From a bacterium (GTDB taxonomy: Bacteria > Patescibacteriota > Microgenomatia > Daviesbacterales > UBA10151): a DNA stretch of 64,000 nt. The notes under the pieces were generated by a model, which ran no database searches, was not told the origin of the DNA, and was given only the letters and a program-made list of their open reading frames with translations. Positions 16,949-26,876 of the stretch are shown here, piece after piece. Position 1 is the first letter of the stretch. Each line of letters opens with the position of its first letter. The translations under genes were made by a program, and so were the position numbers. Location: the NCBI GenBank assembly GCA_021790255.1, contig JAJYIE010000001.1, positions 4,165 to 68,164 of the forward strand. Reading direction: 5' to 3'.

Positions 16949-17287
16949 TTAGTCCGGCGTGAGTGATACCCAGGAGGCAACCGATCGAAAAGAGCTGATT
17001 TCTGTCGGGGTCTGCGGCTTACCTTCTCCGCAGTTTAAGCGCAGAAAAAATTGCCCCAGTTCGCTGCAGGAATTTAGCCAATGCGAATCAATGTAATTAT
17101 GGGCAATACTTCTCGAAGCACCTTGGTTATTCCATACCTCACCCCATTTTTCCGCTATCATGATGATCCGATCAAATGAATGTTCTCCAATCAGGTGCAG
17201 GCCCAGGTAATGCAACCCTGCGCCGGAATCGGTAATTATACCCGGTGGCAGGTTAAACTCCCTTAAAACCTGCTTAAAGTTACGCAT
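16949..17287 (-). CDS. Hypothetical ORF, possibly a gene fragment.
   Basis: 112 aa with no domain recognised. Lies in the atypical ~1 kb gap between mreC and mreB, next to ~600 bp with no long ORF. Confidence 0.3.
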   Translation of the reverse strand: MRNFKQVLREFNLPPGIITDSGAGLHYLGLHLIGEHSFDRIIMIAEKWGEVWNNQGASRSIAHNYIDSHWLNSCSELGQFFLRLNCGEGKPQTPTEISSFRSVASWVSLTPD

Positions 17288-17893
17288 TCCCCAGGCAATT
17301 TTAATCCGTGGATTTTTGCGGCAGAGGCAGTAACAACCTCAGCTTTGGATAAACCTCTTAGTTTTTCCATCTTAAGTTTCCAGCAGTTTAAACAACACCG
17401 CTTTAAAATATATGGTGTTGCCGAATTGGTCAAGCATCGAATTTTATTGTTCCAGCGTAATTTATACCCGGCCTAAATATCTTGACAAAAGGCGTAAATT
17501 TGGGCTACTGTCATCCCTACCTGCTCCGCTTTTATTGGCGCCGAAAACTTTTTTCGCCCTTACCGTCTGACTTCAGGTGAGCTTGATGACAATAATGCTA
17601 TTTTTCAACATGACTTAAGCTATAGCGGCATCTGCCTATTCAGACCCAGAAAAATTTAAAGATAATCGACAGGCCGACAGAGCAGGCAACAGCCGGCAGC
17701 CAGGCAGTTAAGCAGGAAGAACTTATCCGGGAAGCAGTTTTTATCCGCAATCATGGATATAAATCAGCCCGGCTCCGTAATACCATTACGGAAATCCAAA
17801 ATGCCTTAGCCGTCCGCAACCCAGTCAGCTCCCTGGATGAAGCGGCTAACCGTCAAAATGTGAAAAGCATCCTGACCTTGGAATAGGACTATG

Positions 17894-18949
17894 CTACTTT
17901 AACCCGCCGGTAACTTTGACTTTGGAGAGAAGGTCAAGGTCTTCCAGCACTCTGCCGCATCCGCGGACAACGGTAGTCAAAGGGTCCTCCGCCACCCAAA
18001 CCGGCATCTTGGTTTCCTCAGCAACTTTTTTATCCAAACCACGCAGCAGTGATCCGCCCCCCGTAATGACCAATCCTCTCTCCAGAATATCCGACAAAAG
18101 TTCCGGAGGTGTTTCTTCCAAAACCTCAGACAGCGTCCCAATAATTTGATTAATCGTCGAAGAAAGCGCTTCCCGGATTTCTCTGGAAGAGATTTTAATT
18201 GATTTGGGCAGGCCAGTGGAAAGATCCCGTCCCCGCACTACTGTTTCTTTTTCTTCTTTTAACGGGGAGGCCGAGCCAATCTCAAGTTTGACCACCTCCG
18301 CTGTCTTTTCCCCGATCAATAGGCCGTAGCGCATCTTCAGATAATTAATAATGTCCTGGTCCAGCTCATCCCCGGCAATCCGCAGCGAACGGTTCAAAAC
18401 CATCCCGCCCAGGGATATGACAGCAATTTCCGTGGTTCCGCCGCCGATATCCATGATCAGGTTGCCTTCCGGTTCTTCAATCGGCAACCCCGCCCCAATA
18501 GCTGCAGCCATTGGCTCTTCAATTAAAAATGCCCGCCTTGCCCCGGCAATTAAGGCAGCATCCTGGACAGCCCGTTTTTCTACCTCTGTTACACCTGATG
18601 GAATACCGATTACCACCCGCGGGCGGGGCAGCTTCGGCAGGCGCAGTCCTGATTGAGGATCCCGGTGAACCTTATGGATAAAATGGCGAAGCATTGCCTC
18701 AGTAGTATCAAAATCGGAGATTACCCCGTCGCGAAGAGGCCGGACAGCCTCAATAGCTGCCGGAGTGCGTCCAAGCATCCGCTTAGCTTCGTTGCCGATG
18801 GCTAAAACCTGCTTGGACTTTTTATGGATGGCGACAACGGAAGGCTCGCGGATAACAATCCCCTTCCCTCGCACTAAAACCAGCGTGTTAACCGTTCCCA
18901 AATCAATTCCGATATCGTGTGAAACAAGCCTCCAGAAAGAATCAAACAT
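17894..18949 (-). CDS. mreB: Rod shape-determining actin homolog MreB.
   Basis: 351 aa. DIGIDLGTVNTLV phosphate-1 motif and overall Hsp70/actin-fold signature. Confidence 0.95.
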   Translation of the reverse strand: MFDSFWRLVSHDIGIDLGTVNTLVLVRGKGIVIREPSVVAIHKKSKQVLAIGNEAKRMLGRTPAAIEAVRPLRDGVISDFDTTEAMLRHFIHKVHRDPQSGLRLPKLPRPRVVIGIPSGVTEVEKRAVQDAALIAGARRAFLIEEPMAAAIGAGLPIEEPEGNLIMDIGGGTTEIAVISLGGMVLNRSLRIAGDELDQDIINYLKMRYGLLIGEKTAEVVKLEIGSASPLKEEKETVVRGRDLSTGLPKSIKISSREIREALSSTINQIIGTLSEVLEETPPELLSDILERGLVITGGGSLLRGLDKKVAEETKMPVWVAEDPLTTVVRGCGRVLEDLDLLSKVKVTGGLK

Positions 18950-19020
18950 CTCAGGATTGAGTTTAACACAAGCTCAGAAGACTTTCCAACTGAAGATGAA
19001 TTTGGTAGGATTCAGTTGTA

Positions 19021-21153
19021 ATGCCTCAGAAAGTTATTACCATTTGTTTTTATCTCCTCTTCTTCCTCACCCCTTTAATCTGGAGCCCTGCAAACTTCGA
19101 GCTTTTTGAGTACGACAAAATGATGGTTGTTTACGGGCTGACAGTAATCATTATCGCTGCCTGGTTAATTAAGATGGTCTCCGCCCGGCAATTAGTTTTC
19201 AAACACACACCCTTAGACTGGCCGCTTCTTGCCTTCCTGGTTGCCAATATTATTTCAACTATTACCTCAATGAATCCGCATGTTTCCGTTTGGGGTTATT
19301 ATTCACGCTCCAACGGCGGGCTGCTCTCTACAATCTCCTATATAACGCTCTACTACGCTCTGGTTTCAAACTTTACCGCCCAATATGCGCTCAAGTTCAT
19401 TAAAGCTGCGCTTTTTGGCGGAGCGATCGTCGCCCTCTATGCAATCCCTGAACACTTTGGTGCCTCCCCGTCTTGCCTAATCCTCAACCATCAGCTGACT
19501 GACAGATGCTGGGTGCAGGATGTCCAGGCACGGGTTTTTGCCACACTCGGCCAGCCCAACTGGCTGGCAGCTTACCTTGCCATGCTCATCTTCCCGGCCA
19601 TTTATTTTTTCCTCACCTCAGCATCCCGCTCGTCAAAAGTTTTTTACTTTTTACTCTTTACTTTTTACTATCTCGCCTTTACCTTTACTTATTCCCGCGG
19701 AGGCACCCTAGGCTTTCTGATCAGCCTGGCGGTATTTATTCCCACTCTTCTTTTACGATTCAACTGGGGTGGCAGGCTAAATTTGATAGCAGTCTTACTC
19801 AGCCTATGTTTTGTCAGCCTGTTTTTTGGCACGGCACTGACTGATTTCAAGCTCATTTCTGCCTTTGCCCCACCCCCACGGCCGGCACTAACCGCGGCTG
19901 CCAGCGGAATGAGCCAGTTGGAAAACGGCGGCACTGAGTCCGGGGAAATCCGTCTGATTGTTTGGAAAGGAGCCCTGGATATTTTCCGCCACTATCCTTT
20001 GTTTGGATCCGGCGTGGAAACGTTTGCCTACTCTTATTACCAATACCGTCCACTTGCTCACAATATGGTTTCCGAATGGGATTTTCTTTATAACAAAGCG
20101 CACAATGAATACCTTAATTACCTGGCAACAACCGGTTTAATAGGATTCATCTCATACATGAGTATTATTGCTGTTTTTATATGGTGGAGCATGAAGTATG
20201 TGGTATTAAGTATAAAGGGAGGCGGTAAAAATTTCTCTGTACATCATACTTCATACTTTGTACTTGCCCTAGCTGCTGCCTACGTTTCCTACCTTATCCA
20301 AAACTTCTTCGGTTTTTCTGTGGTCATCATCGCCATGTTCTTTTATCTTTTCCCCGCCCTTGCCTTCCTCGTAACCGATTCAGCAAAACCGGCGACCTTT
20401 CCTAAATACAATATACCAAATACCATATGCTCCCTCATTTACCGTCGCTCTTTTTACTCAAAGCTTGCAAAATCAATCATTTTAGTTCTGGCAGCAGCTA
20501 TCATCTTCACCCTGGCCAAATATTGGGTAGCTGACACCATTTTTGCCCAAGGTGAGCATGCTTCCGATGCCAATAACCCAGGCCGGGCCTACAATGACCT
20601 GGCCGATGCCGCTGCCTTAAATCCGGGGGAGCCTTATTACAGAAGCGAGCTGGGGTTTGCTGCTGCTTCCGCAGCTGTGGCGCTGCAACAAGACGATGCT
20701 ACCGCTTCTGCCACGCTGGCCATACAAGCAGATGATCTGACCAAAAATGTGCTGCAAAAAAACAGCACGAATGTTTCTTTCTGGCGCACCGCCATCCGCA
20801 CCTATTTTATGCTTTCTGTCCTTGATCCTAAGTTTAACAGCTTAACCATTGATGCTGTCAACCAGGCTATTGCTCTGGCCCCCACCGACCCCAAATTAAT
20901 GTACAACAAAGGGATAATTTTAAACCAGCAGGGGAAAAACCAGGAGGCAGTTGCCGCCCTGCTGGAAGCTTTAAAATTAAAGCCCAACTACCGGGATGTA
21001 TATTTTACTCTGGCCGATGTCTATAACCAGCTCAACCAAAAAGATAAAGCCGTCTCTGCCCTGGAAAGCTATTTAAAATATGCCCCGGGTGATGCCCAGA
21101 CCATGGACAAAATCAGCAAACTGGAAGCAGCCACAACACCTGCGAGTAGATAG
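19021..21153 (+). CDS. O-antigen ligase/polymerase-like (Wzy_C) polytopic membrane protein fused to C-terminal TPR repeats.
   Basis: 710 aa with ~12 TM helices, followed by TPR-like repeats (LEALKLKPNYRDVYFTLADVYNQLNQKDKAVSALESYLKYAP). Confidence 0.75.
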   Translation: MPQKVITICFYLLFFLTPLIWSPANFELFEYDKMMVVYGLTVIIIAAWLIKMVSARQLVFKHTPLDWPLLAFLVANIISTITSMNPHVSVWGYYSRSNGGLLSTISYITLYYALVSNFTAQYALKFIKAALFGGAIVALYAIPEHFGASPSCLILNHQLTDRCWVQDVQARVFATLGQPNWLAAYLAMLIFPAIYFFLTSASRSSKVFYFLLFTFYYLAFTFTYSRGGTLGFLISLAVFIPTLLLRFNWGGRLNLIAVLLSLCFVSLFFGTALTDFKLISAFAPPPRPALTAAASGMSQLENGGTESGEIRLIVWKGALDIFRHYPLFGSGVETFAYSYYQYRPLAHNMVSEWDFLYNKAHNEYLNYLATTGLIGFISYMSIIAVFIWWSMKYVVLSIKGGGKNFSVHHTSYFVLALAAAYVSYLIQNFFGFSVVIIAMFFYLFPALAFLVTDSAKPATFPKYNIPNTICSLIYRRSFYSKLAKSIILVLAAAIIFTLAKYWVADTIFAQGEHASDANNPGRAYNDLADAAALNPGEPYYRSELGFAAASAAVALQQDDATASATLAIQADDLTKNVLQKNSTNVSFWRTAIRTYFMLSVLDPKFNSLTIDAVNQAIALAPTDPKLMYNKGIILNQQGKNQEAVAALLEALKLKPNYRDVYFTLADVYNQLNQKDKAVSALESYLKYAPGDAQTMDKISKLEAATTPASR

Positions 21154-21154
21154 C

Positions 21155-21439
21155 ATGAAAAAAATCGGGCAGATCATTGCTGAAAAACAATTTCCTGACC
21201 GGCCGAAAAACCTATTCACCGAATTTCAGGTCTACGGTGTTTATTTGGCGGAAAGTTTAAATGACACCAAGCATTACTCTTTATATATTAAGCTGGCAAA
21301 GCAACACGATCGGGCCATTTTGGAGGAGGCTTTATCTTACGCCAAAGGGTACATCTCGGCCAAATCCAAGGCAAAAGTGTTTATGTGGAAACTTACCAGT
21401 CTAAAAAACGATCAAAAAGTTTCTACTCAAGATCTTTGA
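21155..21439 (+). CDS. Hypothetical small protein.
   Basis: ATG at 21155 immediately after the previous stop. About 94 aa (MKKIGQIIAEKQF...). No domain recognised. Confidence 0.4.
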   Translation: MKKIGQIIAEKQFPDRPKNLFTEFQVYGVYLAESLNDTKHYSLYIKLAKQHDRAILEEALSYAKGYISAKSKAKVFMWKLTSLKNDQKVSTQDL

Positions 21440-21541
21440 AACAGAGTCAAAAGGTTCTCTTATGTTGAAACTCCAACAATTAAAAAATAGTAACTTACCC
21501 GACTAATTTTCTGGAAATCATCATCTTAAAATGCTAAAATT

Positions 21542-22078
21542 ATGCTCATGCACGCCAACAATTTGGCAGTTGTCCAGGCACCAAACCCGATTTTGCGCTC
21601 AAAAACCAAACCGGTTAAAAAAATCACCCCGGATTGTCTTAAGTTATCCAGGGACATGATTAAACTTACCAAAACCTTTATTGACCCGGAGGGAGTTGGG
21701 CTGGCGGCCAACCAAGTGGGCCGGGATGACTGTTTTTTTGTAGCCAAACAGGGCAAAAAGTTTATCACCTGCTTTAATCCCAAAATTCTCTCTTACGGAG
21801 ATAAGAAGAAAATCTTCTTTGAGGGCTGCCTGTCTATCCCTAATTATTATGCCTATATTAAACGCCCCACCAAGGTTACAGTAGAGTACCAGGATGAAAC
21901 TGGCCAAACTATCACCAAAAAACTGGGGGGCACTGCCGCCTGGATTTTTCAGCACGAAACCGACCACTTAAACGGTAAACTGTTTATGGACCTGGCCTTA
22001 GAACAAAAGGGGAGAATCTTTAAGGTTACAGGTAAAGACAGAGCCGGAGCGGATATTTTTGAGGAAGTGGAGTTTTAA
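21542..22078 (+). CDS. def: Peptide deformylase.
   Basis: All three PDF motifs are present: GVGLAANQVG, EGCLSIP and HETDHLNG. Confidence 0.95.
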   Translation: MLMHANNLAVVQAPNPILRSKTKPVKKITPDCLKLSRDMIKLTKTFIDPEGVGLAANQVGRDDCFFVAKQGKKFITCFNPKILSYGDKKKIFFEGCLSIPNYYAYIKRPTKVTVEYQDETGQTITKKLGGTAAWIFQHETDHLNGKLFMDLALEQKGRIFKVTGKDRAGADIFEEVEF

Positions 22079-22081
22079 TCG

Positions 22082-22966
22082 ATGCCCCAGGATCAAATTC
22101 ACTCCCAAACAACAACCCCTGATAAGTTATTATTTGCCGAGTTTCCCCCGCTGGTTTTTTTCGGCACTCCTGATTTTGCTGTTCCGGTTCTTAATGCCTT
22201 ACAGAAAAATTACCAAGTTGCAGCTATCGTAACCGCTCCAGATAAACCTGTTGGTCGACACCGAACACTGACCCCCTCGCCGGTAGCCCAGGCAGCACCA
22301 ACCCAAATTCCACTCCTTAAACCGAAACAGTTGGGCAATGAAACAATTCAACAATTACAAAATCTGAAACCTGGTCTTTTTATTGTCGCCGCTTACGGCA
22401 AAATTATTCCGCAAGAACTACTGGATATTCCTGCCTTGGGAGCTTTAAACATCCATCCGTCTCTTTTACCCAAATACCGGGGACCATCTCCCGTCCAAAA
22501 TGCCATTTTAAACGGCGATAACAAAACGGGTGTCACAATTATTAAAATGGATGCCCAAATGGACCACGGGCCAATAGTTTCAGCAAAAGAGTATAGGTTG
22601 TCTCAGAGTGATAATTATTTAACATTGGGTAATAAACTTTTTCAGACCGGAGCAAAGGACTTATTAGCCATCTTACCTGATTTTATCAACGGAAAAACTG
22701 CCCCCCAACCCCAAAATCATGCTGAGACCACTTACACAAAAATCATCACCAAAGAAAACGGCTTTTTCGACATTAATAATCCACCGTCGACGGAAAAACT
22801 GGACCGCATGGTCCGTGCTTTTTATCCCTGGCCCACCGCCTGGACACGCTGGAATAATAAAGTGGTAAAATTTCTCCCCGGCACTTTAGTGCAAATCGAG
22901 GGTAAAAAACCTGTTCCTTTAAAAGATTTTCTCAACGGCCACCCTGATTTTTCGCTGAAAAATTAG
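22082..22966 (+). CDS. fmt: Methionyl-tRNA formyltransferase.
   Basis: 294 aa. The formyltransferase N-domain motif (LNIHPSLLPKYRGPSP) is present. Immediately downstream of def. Its stop overlaps the rpmB stop on the other strand. Confidence 0.95.
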   Translation: MPQDQIHSQTTTPDKLLFAEFPPLVFFGTPDFAVPVLNALQKNYQVAAIVTAPDKPVGRHRTLTPSPVAQAAPTQIPLLKPKQLGNETIQQLQNLKPGLFIVAAYGKIIPQELLDIPALGALNIHPSLLPKYRGPSPVQNAILNGDNKTGVTIIKMDAQMDHGPIVSAKEYRLSQSDNYLTLGNKLFQTGAKDLLAILPDFINGKTAPQPQNHAETTYTKIITKENGFFDINNPPSTEKLDRMVRAFYPWPTAWTRWNNKVVKFLPGTLVQIEGKKPVPLKDFLNGHPDFSLKN

Positions 22967-23202
22967 GCCGCTGCATGAATTTCCACCTTAGGTTGGGAAG
23001 GGTTTTTCTGCGCTGATTTAACCATCCGCAGGCATTTGGTGCAAAGTTTCATACATTTATAGGCATGCAGGTTCACTTTCTGGGTACGCATATGGATTGG
23101 GGCCTTCATTTTCCATTGTCCGCCCGCACCGGAGGAACCCTTTTTATGACGGGAATAAGCAATGGTTTGCTTGGTTTTTCCACAAATTTGACAGACTAAC
23201 AT
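22963..23202 (-). CDS. rpmB: 50S ribosomal protein L28, zinc-ribbon type.
   Basis: 79 aa. CQICGK...SRHKK...KLCTKCLR pattern typical of Cys4 L28. Confidence 0.8.
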   Translation of the reverse strand: MLVCQICGKTKQTIAYSRHKKGSSGAGGQWKMKAPIHMRTQKVNLHAYKCMKLCTKCLRMVKSAQKNPSQPKVEIHAAA

Positions 23203-23254
23203 AGCCTCGTAACTATATCATTTTACCCTGCAGAATGCAACGGGATGGAAACAC

Positions 23255-23548
23255 TTGCCACCTTACCTCATCTGTGATATATTACCTGCAGCTACAAATA
23301 TGTTATCAGAACAAGCTGAACTGGCAATAAATTGCATTGATAAGGATGTCCGGGGTATACAAACCAAAGAAGGCACCATTATCCGCTTCCGCAGTGCTCA
23401 CGATTTTCTGGAAGCGTTAAGCGAAGAAGAAAACGTGCAGTTAGGCCACACTCACCGGAGGCATCCTGACTCTATGTTTTTCCTGCGTCCCAATCTGGTG
23501 AAGTTGGCAGAAGAGATTGCCTTGGAGCGCCAAAAAAGTTACAAGTAA
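23255..23548 (+). CDS. Hypothetical small protein.
   Basis: 97-aa ORF. The start may be the internal MLSEQ. No domain recognised. Confidence 0.35.
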   Translation: MPPYLICDILPAATNMLSEQAELAINCIDKDVRGIQTKEGTIIRFRSAHDFLEALSEEENVQLGHTHRRHPDSMFFLRPNLVKLAEEIALERQKSYK

Positions 23549-23588
23549 TTTCCATTTCGTCTCAGCCGTGATAAACTTATAAGGGTCA

Positions 23589-24212
23589 ATGGGTACATCC
23601 ACGCTTCTTGCAGCTAGCATTGTTATCCTGCTTTTTTCCGTCATTTTACATGAGGTAATGCACGGGCTGGCGGCCCTTTACTGGGGTGATACCACCGCCC
23701 AGCAGGCTGGCCGGCTGACTTTAAATCCTATTTCCCACATTGACCCTATCGGAACTATTTTAGTCCCTGCTCTGCTAGCCCTGACCCACTCCCCTTTTCT
23801 TTTCGGCTGGGCCAAACCGGTTCCTATTGATCCCTTCAATTTCCGGGACATCCGCAAGGGAGAACTGGCCACCTCCGCTGCCGGCATTGCCGCCAATTTA
23901 GCGTTGGCGCTTTTGGCTGCCTTACTTTTTCACCTGCTGGTATCTTTTGCCAACACGCTATGGCTTCAAATTCTTATCTTTACTTCTTACATTAATTTGC
24001 TACTAGCCGTTTTTAACATGATACCCATCCCGCCCCTGGACGGATCAAAAATACTTATCTCCCTACTGCCGCCAAAAGCGGCTGCCGGATTTGCTGCCCT
24101 GGAACAATACGGGATGTTTTTGCTGCTATTGCTCTTGGTCAGCGGTTTATTCGGGGCGGTCTTGGGCCCCGTTTTAATTTTACTCATGCATATTCTGGGG
24201 CTGCCGTTTTAA
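23589..24212 (+). CDS. Peptidase M50 family (site-2 protease-like) membrane metalloprotease, short form.
   Basis: 207 aa. HEVMHG HExxH motif inside a TM helix. A second conserved region matches NLLPIPPLDG (the LDG motif). Confidence 0.75.
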   Translation: MGTSTLLAASIVILLFSVILHEVMHGLAALYWGDTTAQQAGRLTLNPISHIDPIGTILVPALLALTHSPFLFGWAKPVPIDPFNFRDIRKGELATSAAGIAANLALALLAALLFHLLVSFANTLWLQILIFTSYINLLLAVFNMIPIPPLDGSKILISLLPPKAAAGFAALEQYGMFLLLLLLVSGLFGAVLGPVLILLMHILGLPF

Positions 24213-24313
24213 GTTTGTACGGCTAACTTTACGTTTTTCTTCCTCCGTTCTTACCGGGAATATTTTTTAAGAGCCTATTATTTGCTGGCAAATATTTACT
24301 GTGGAAAAATGCC

Positions 24314-26587
24314 ATGAGATTTAAAAAACCGCTACTTTCTCCTAACAGTCTCTGCATTCACTCTCACACACAACTTGATAGACAAACCGAAACGAGGCAA
24401 GCACCTTTTTTTGTCTTGAAAAAAATCTTCAGTATTAACTCTTCCGACCTTATCATTGCGGGACTTTCTATTTTAGCCTTTTTAATATTTGTACCCGTTT
24501 TCACATATGCATATTTTGCCAATGATCTTGTCAGCACTGATGCAATTATGAATAAAAACGATACCGGGATTGTTCTTTATGACCGGTCTGGCCGACCCTT
24601 TTTTACCTTTTACCAGGGTCAGCCGAAAAATTATATCCCCTTTGCGTCTATCCCCAAATACACCCAGCAGGCAATCATTGCCATGGAGGATAAAGATTTT
24701 TATTCCCACCCCGGCTTTTCTGTCCCCGCCATTGTCCGGGCCATGTGGGAAGATATACTGAGCCGTAACCTCTCTTATGGAGGTTCAACCATTACCCAGC
24801 AGTTGGTAAAAAATTCCCTTCTTACATCACGCAAGGATTTCTTACGAAAATACCAGGAGGTGGTTTTGGCCAGTGAAATCGAACGCCGCTACAGTAAAAA
24901 TCAAATTCTTGAGATGTACCTTAACTCTGTTTACTTTGGTGAAGGGTCATTCGGGGTGGAAGAAGCTGCACAAACATATTTTGGCACGGACGCAAAAAAT
25001 CTGGACCTGGCCCAGTCTGCTTTCCTGGCAGCACTCCTCCCTGCTCCATCCGCCCTCTCTCCTTTTCATGGAGACTTAGCTGCTGCCCGTGACAGGCAAA
25101 AATATATTTTGGGGAAGATGGCAGAGCAAGGATATATCACCCAAAAGCAGGCAGATCAAGCTGTCGCAGAGCCGCTGATCTTCCATCCTCCGGCTGATCC
25201 AATTAACTCTCAGGCTATCCATTTTGCTTTAATGGTTCGGGATGAGCTGGTCCAAAAATACGGCGAGGAACAAGTTTCCCGAGCTGGTTTACATGTAAAA
25301 ACCACCCTGGATTTAGGGCTCCAGGAATTTGCCCAGCAGGTAGTAGCCCAGCAGGTAGCCCGGCTTGCTCCCGACAACGTCAGCAACGGGGCAGCTGTGG
25401 TGATTGACCCCAAAACCGGAGAAATTCTGGCTATGGTTGGCAGCGCTGATTGGAATAACCCTAAATTTGGCAAAGTCAATGTTACACTGATGCCCCGCCA
25501 GCCGGGATCTTCTTTTAAACCGATTTATTATTCTGCAGCCCTTGATAAAGACATTATTACTCCAGCAACCATCTTAACGGACACTCCGACAACATTTCCC
25601 GGCGGATACAAACCGCATGATTATGACAATCAATTTTGGGGATCATTAACCGTGCGCCAGGCACTGGCAAACTCCCGCAATGTCCCCTCAGTGGAAGTGA
25701 TGAATAAATTAGGCGTGTTGAATGCTGTGGACCAAGCCCACGCCCTAGGGATTACTACCCTGCAGGATCCTTCCCAATACGGTTTGGCTCTGGCCCTGGG
25801 GGCCGGGGATGTCCGGCTGCTGGATCTTACCGGCGCCTATGCGGCCTTTGCCGACCAAGGCATGTACAATATCCCGACCTCTGTACTGCAGATCAAAGAC
25901 AAAAATAACAACATAATTTATTCCTACCAGCCCACTCCCAGTGAAGCTGTCTCACCACAGGCAGCATTTCTTATCTCCTCCATTTTATCTGATAACAATG
26001 CCCGGGCCCGGGAATTCGGCAACCTTTTGACAATTAGCCGCACTGCTGCCGTCAAGACAGGCACTACTGAGAATTACCGCGATTCACTAACTTTAGGCTA
26101 CACCCCATCTGTTACCGTGGGAGTATGGGTGGGCAACAATGACGGGGCGCCGATGGACAATGTGGCCGGGTCGCTGGGTGCAGCCCCAATTTGGAAGGCA
26201 ATTATGGAACATTACCTCGCCGGCACTCCCGTTGAGCAATTTATCCCTCCCCCCGGTATTATTTCTGCCACTACCTGTACAAGTATCTCCCAGCCAACTC
26301 CCACTCCGCCTCCCGGCAAGGAGCCTCCCGCAGCAAATAAACAAAGTTTGGTTTCCGGCGAAAATAAAACTACGGTTGTTCGCTTCAGTGAATATTTTAT
26401 TCAGGGAACCCAGCTGCGCAACCTTTGTCCAGGCACAAATTCTACGCCAGAAGGCCACAGTCAAAACCTGCCTCCGGTATTAACACCACTGCCGCTCACG
26501 ACTTTTTATCTGCCTTCCCCTGCCCCATCGCCAACTGCACCACCCACCCCGATGATCTCACTACCCGCTCCAACTCCAAATCCGTAA
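24314..26587 (+). CDS. mrcA: Class A penicillin-binding protein (PBP1A; glycosyltransferase GT51 plus transpeptidase) with a Pro-rich C-terminal tail.
   Basis: GT51 motifs AMEDKDFYSHPGF and GGSTITQQLVKN. Transpeptidase motifs SSFKP, SRN and KTGTT. Confidence 0.9.
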   Translation: MRFKKPLLSPNSLCIHSHTQLDRQTETRQAPFFVLKKIFSINSSDLIIAGLSILAFLIFVPVFTYAYFANDLVSTDAIMNKNDTGIVLYDRSGRPFFTFYQGQPKNYIPFASIPKYTQQAIIAMEDKDFYSHPGFSVPAIVRAMWEDILSRNLSYGGSTITQQLVKNSLLTSRKDFLRKYQEVVLASEIERRYSKNQILEMYLNSVYFGEGSFGVEEAAQTYFGTDAKNLDLAQSAFLAALLPAPSALSPFHGDLAAARDRQKYILGKMAEQGYITQKQADQAVAEPLIFHPPADPINSQAIHFALMVRDELVQKYGEEQVSRAGLHVKTTLDLGLQEFAQQVVAQQVARLAPDNVSNGAAVVIDPKTGEILAMVGSADWNNPKFGKVNVTLMPRQPGSSFKPIYYSAALDKDIITPATILTDTPTTFPGGYKPHDYDNQFWGSLTVRQALANSRNVPSVEVMNKLGVLNAVDQAHALGITTLQDPSQYGLALALGAGDVRLLDLTGAYAAFADQGMYNIPTSVLQIKDKNNNIIYSYQPTPSEAVSPQAAFLISSILSDNNARAREFGNLLTISRTAAVKTGTTENYRDSLTLGYTPSVTVGVWVGNNDGAPMDNVAGSLGAAPIWKAIMEHYLAGTPVEQFIPPPGIISATTCTSISQPTPTPPPGKEPPAANKQSLVSGENKTTVVRFSEYFIQGTQLRNLCPGTNSTPEGHSQNLPPVLTPLPLTTFYLPSPAPSPTAPPTPMISLPAPTPNP

Positions 26588-26609
26588 AATATTCTTACCT
26601 TACGCTTAC

Positions 26610-26638
26610 TTGACTGCCCAAAAGTGTTTTGCTACTAT
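26610..26638 (+). promoter_or_regulatory. Sigma-70-like promoter: TTGACT, 17-nt spacer, TACTAT.
   Basis: Hexamers at 26610..26615 and 26633..26638 with a 17-nt spacer, inside a 335-bp non-coding region. Confidence 0.35.
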
Positions 26639-26663
26639 ATAAGTGCCTTAAAAAGGCAAGTAG

Positions 26664-26816
26664 ATGGGTCAAAACCCAAGCCCTACTCGGTACGTTTACA
26701 ATCTAAAGAGTATTTTTCCTCCATCGTTTACCTACTACGGGTTAACCTGGAAGTTGATCCTGATTAAATCGGGGTCGCAGGGTTCCCACCTGTTAGTTTT
26801 GGGGAAAAAGCTTTAG
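26664..26816 (+). CDS. Candidate 50-aa small ORF. The alternative reading is that this whole region is a non-coding RNA or leader.
   Basis: AAGG Shine-Dalgarno sequence 8 nt upstream of the ATG. The ORF MGQNPSPTRYVYNLKSIFPPSFTYYGLTWKLILIKSGSQGSHLLVLGKKL ends 30 nt before a strong terminator. No homology recognised. Confidence 0.2.
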   Translation: MGQNPSPTRYVYNLKSIFPPSFTYYGLTWKLILIKSGSQGSHLLVLGKKL

Positions 26817-26847
26817 ATTACGGCCAAGTGGGGTGAAATTATTCTGT

Positions 26848-26876
26848 CCAGTCCCGTTTCCGGGGCTGGATTTTTT
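26848..26876 (+). terminator. Rho-independent terminator.
   Basis: Stem CCAGTCCCG / CGGGGCTGG (9 bp, one G-U pair), loop TTTC, then A and TTTTTT. Confidence 0.7.
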
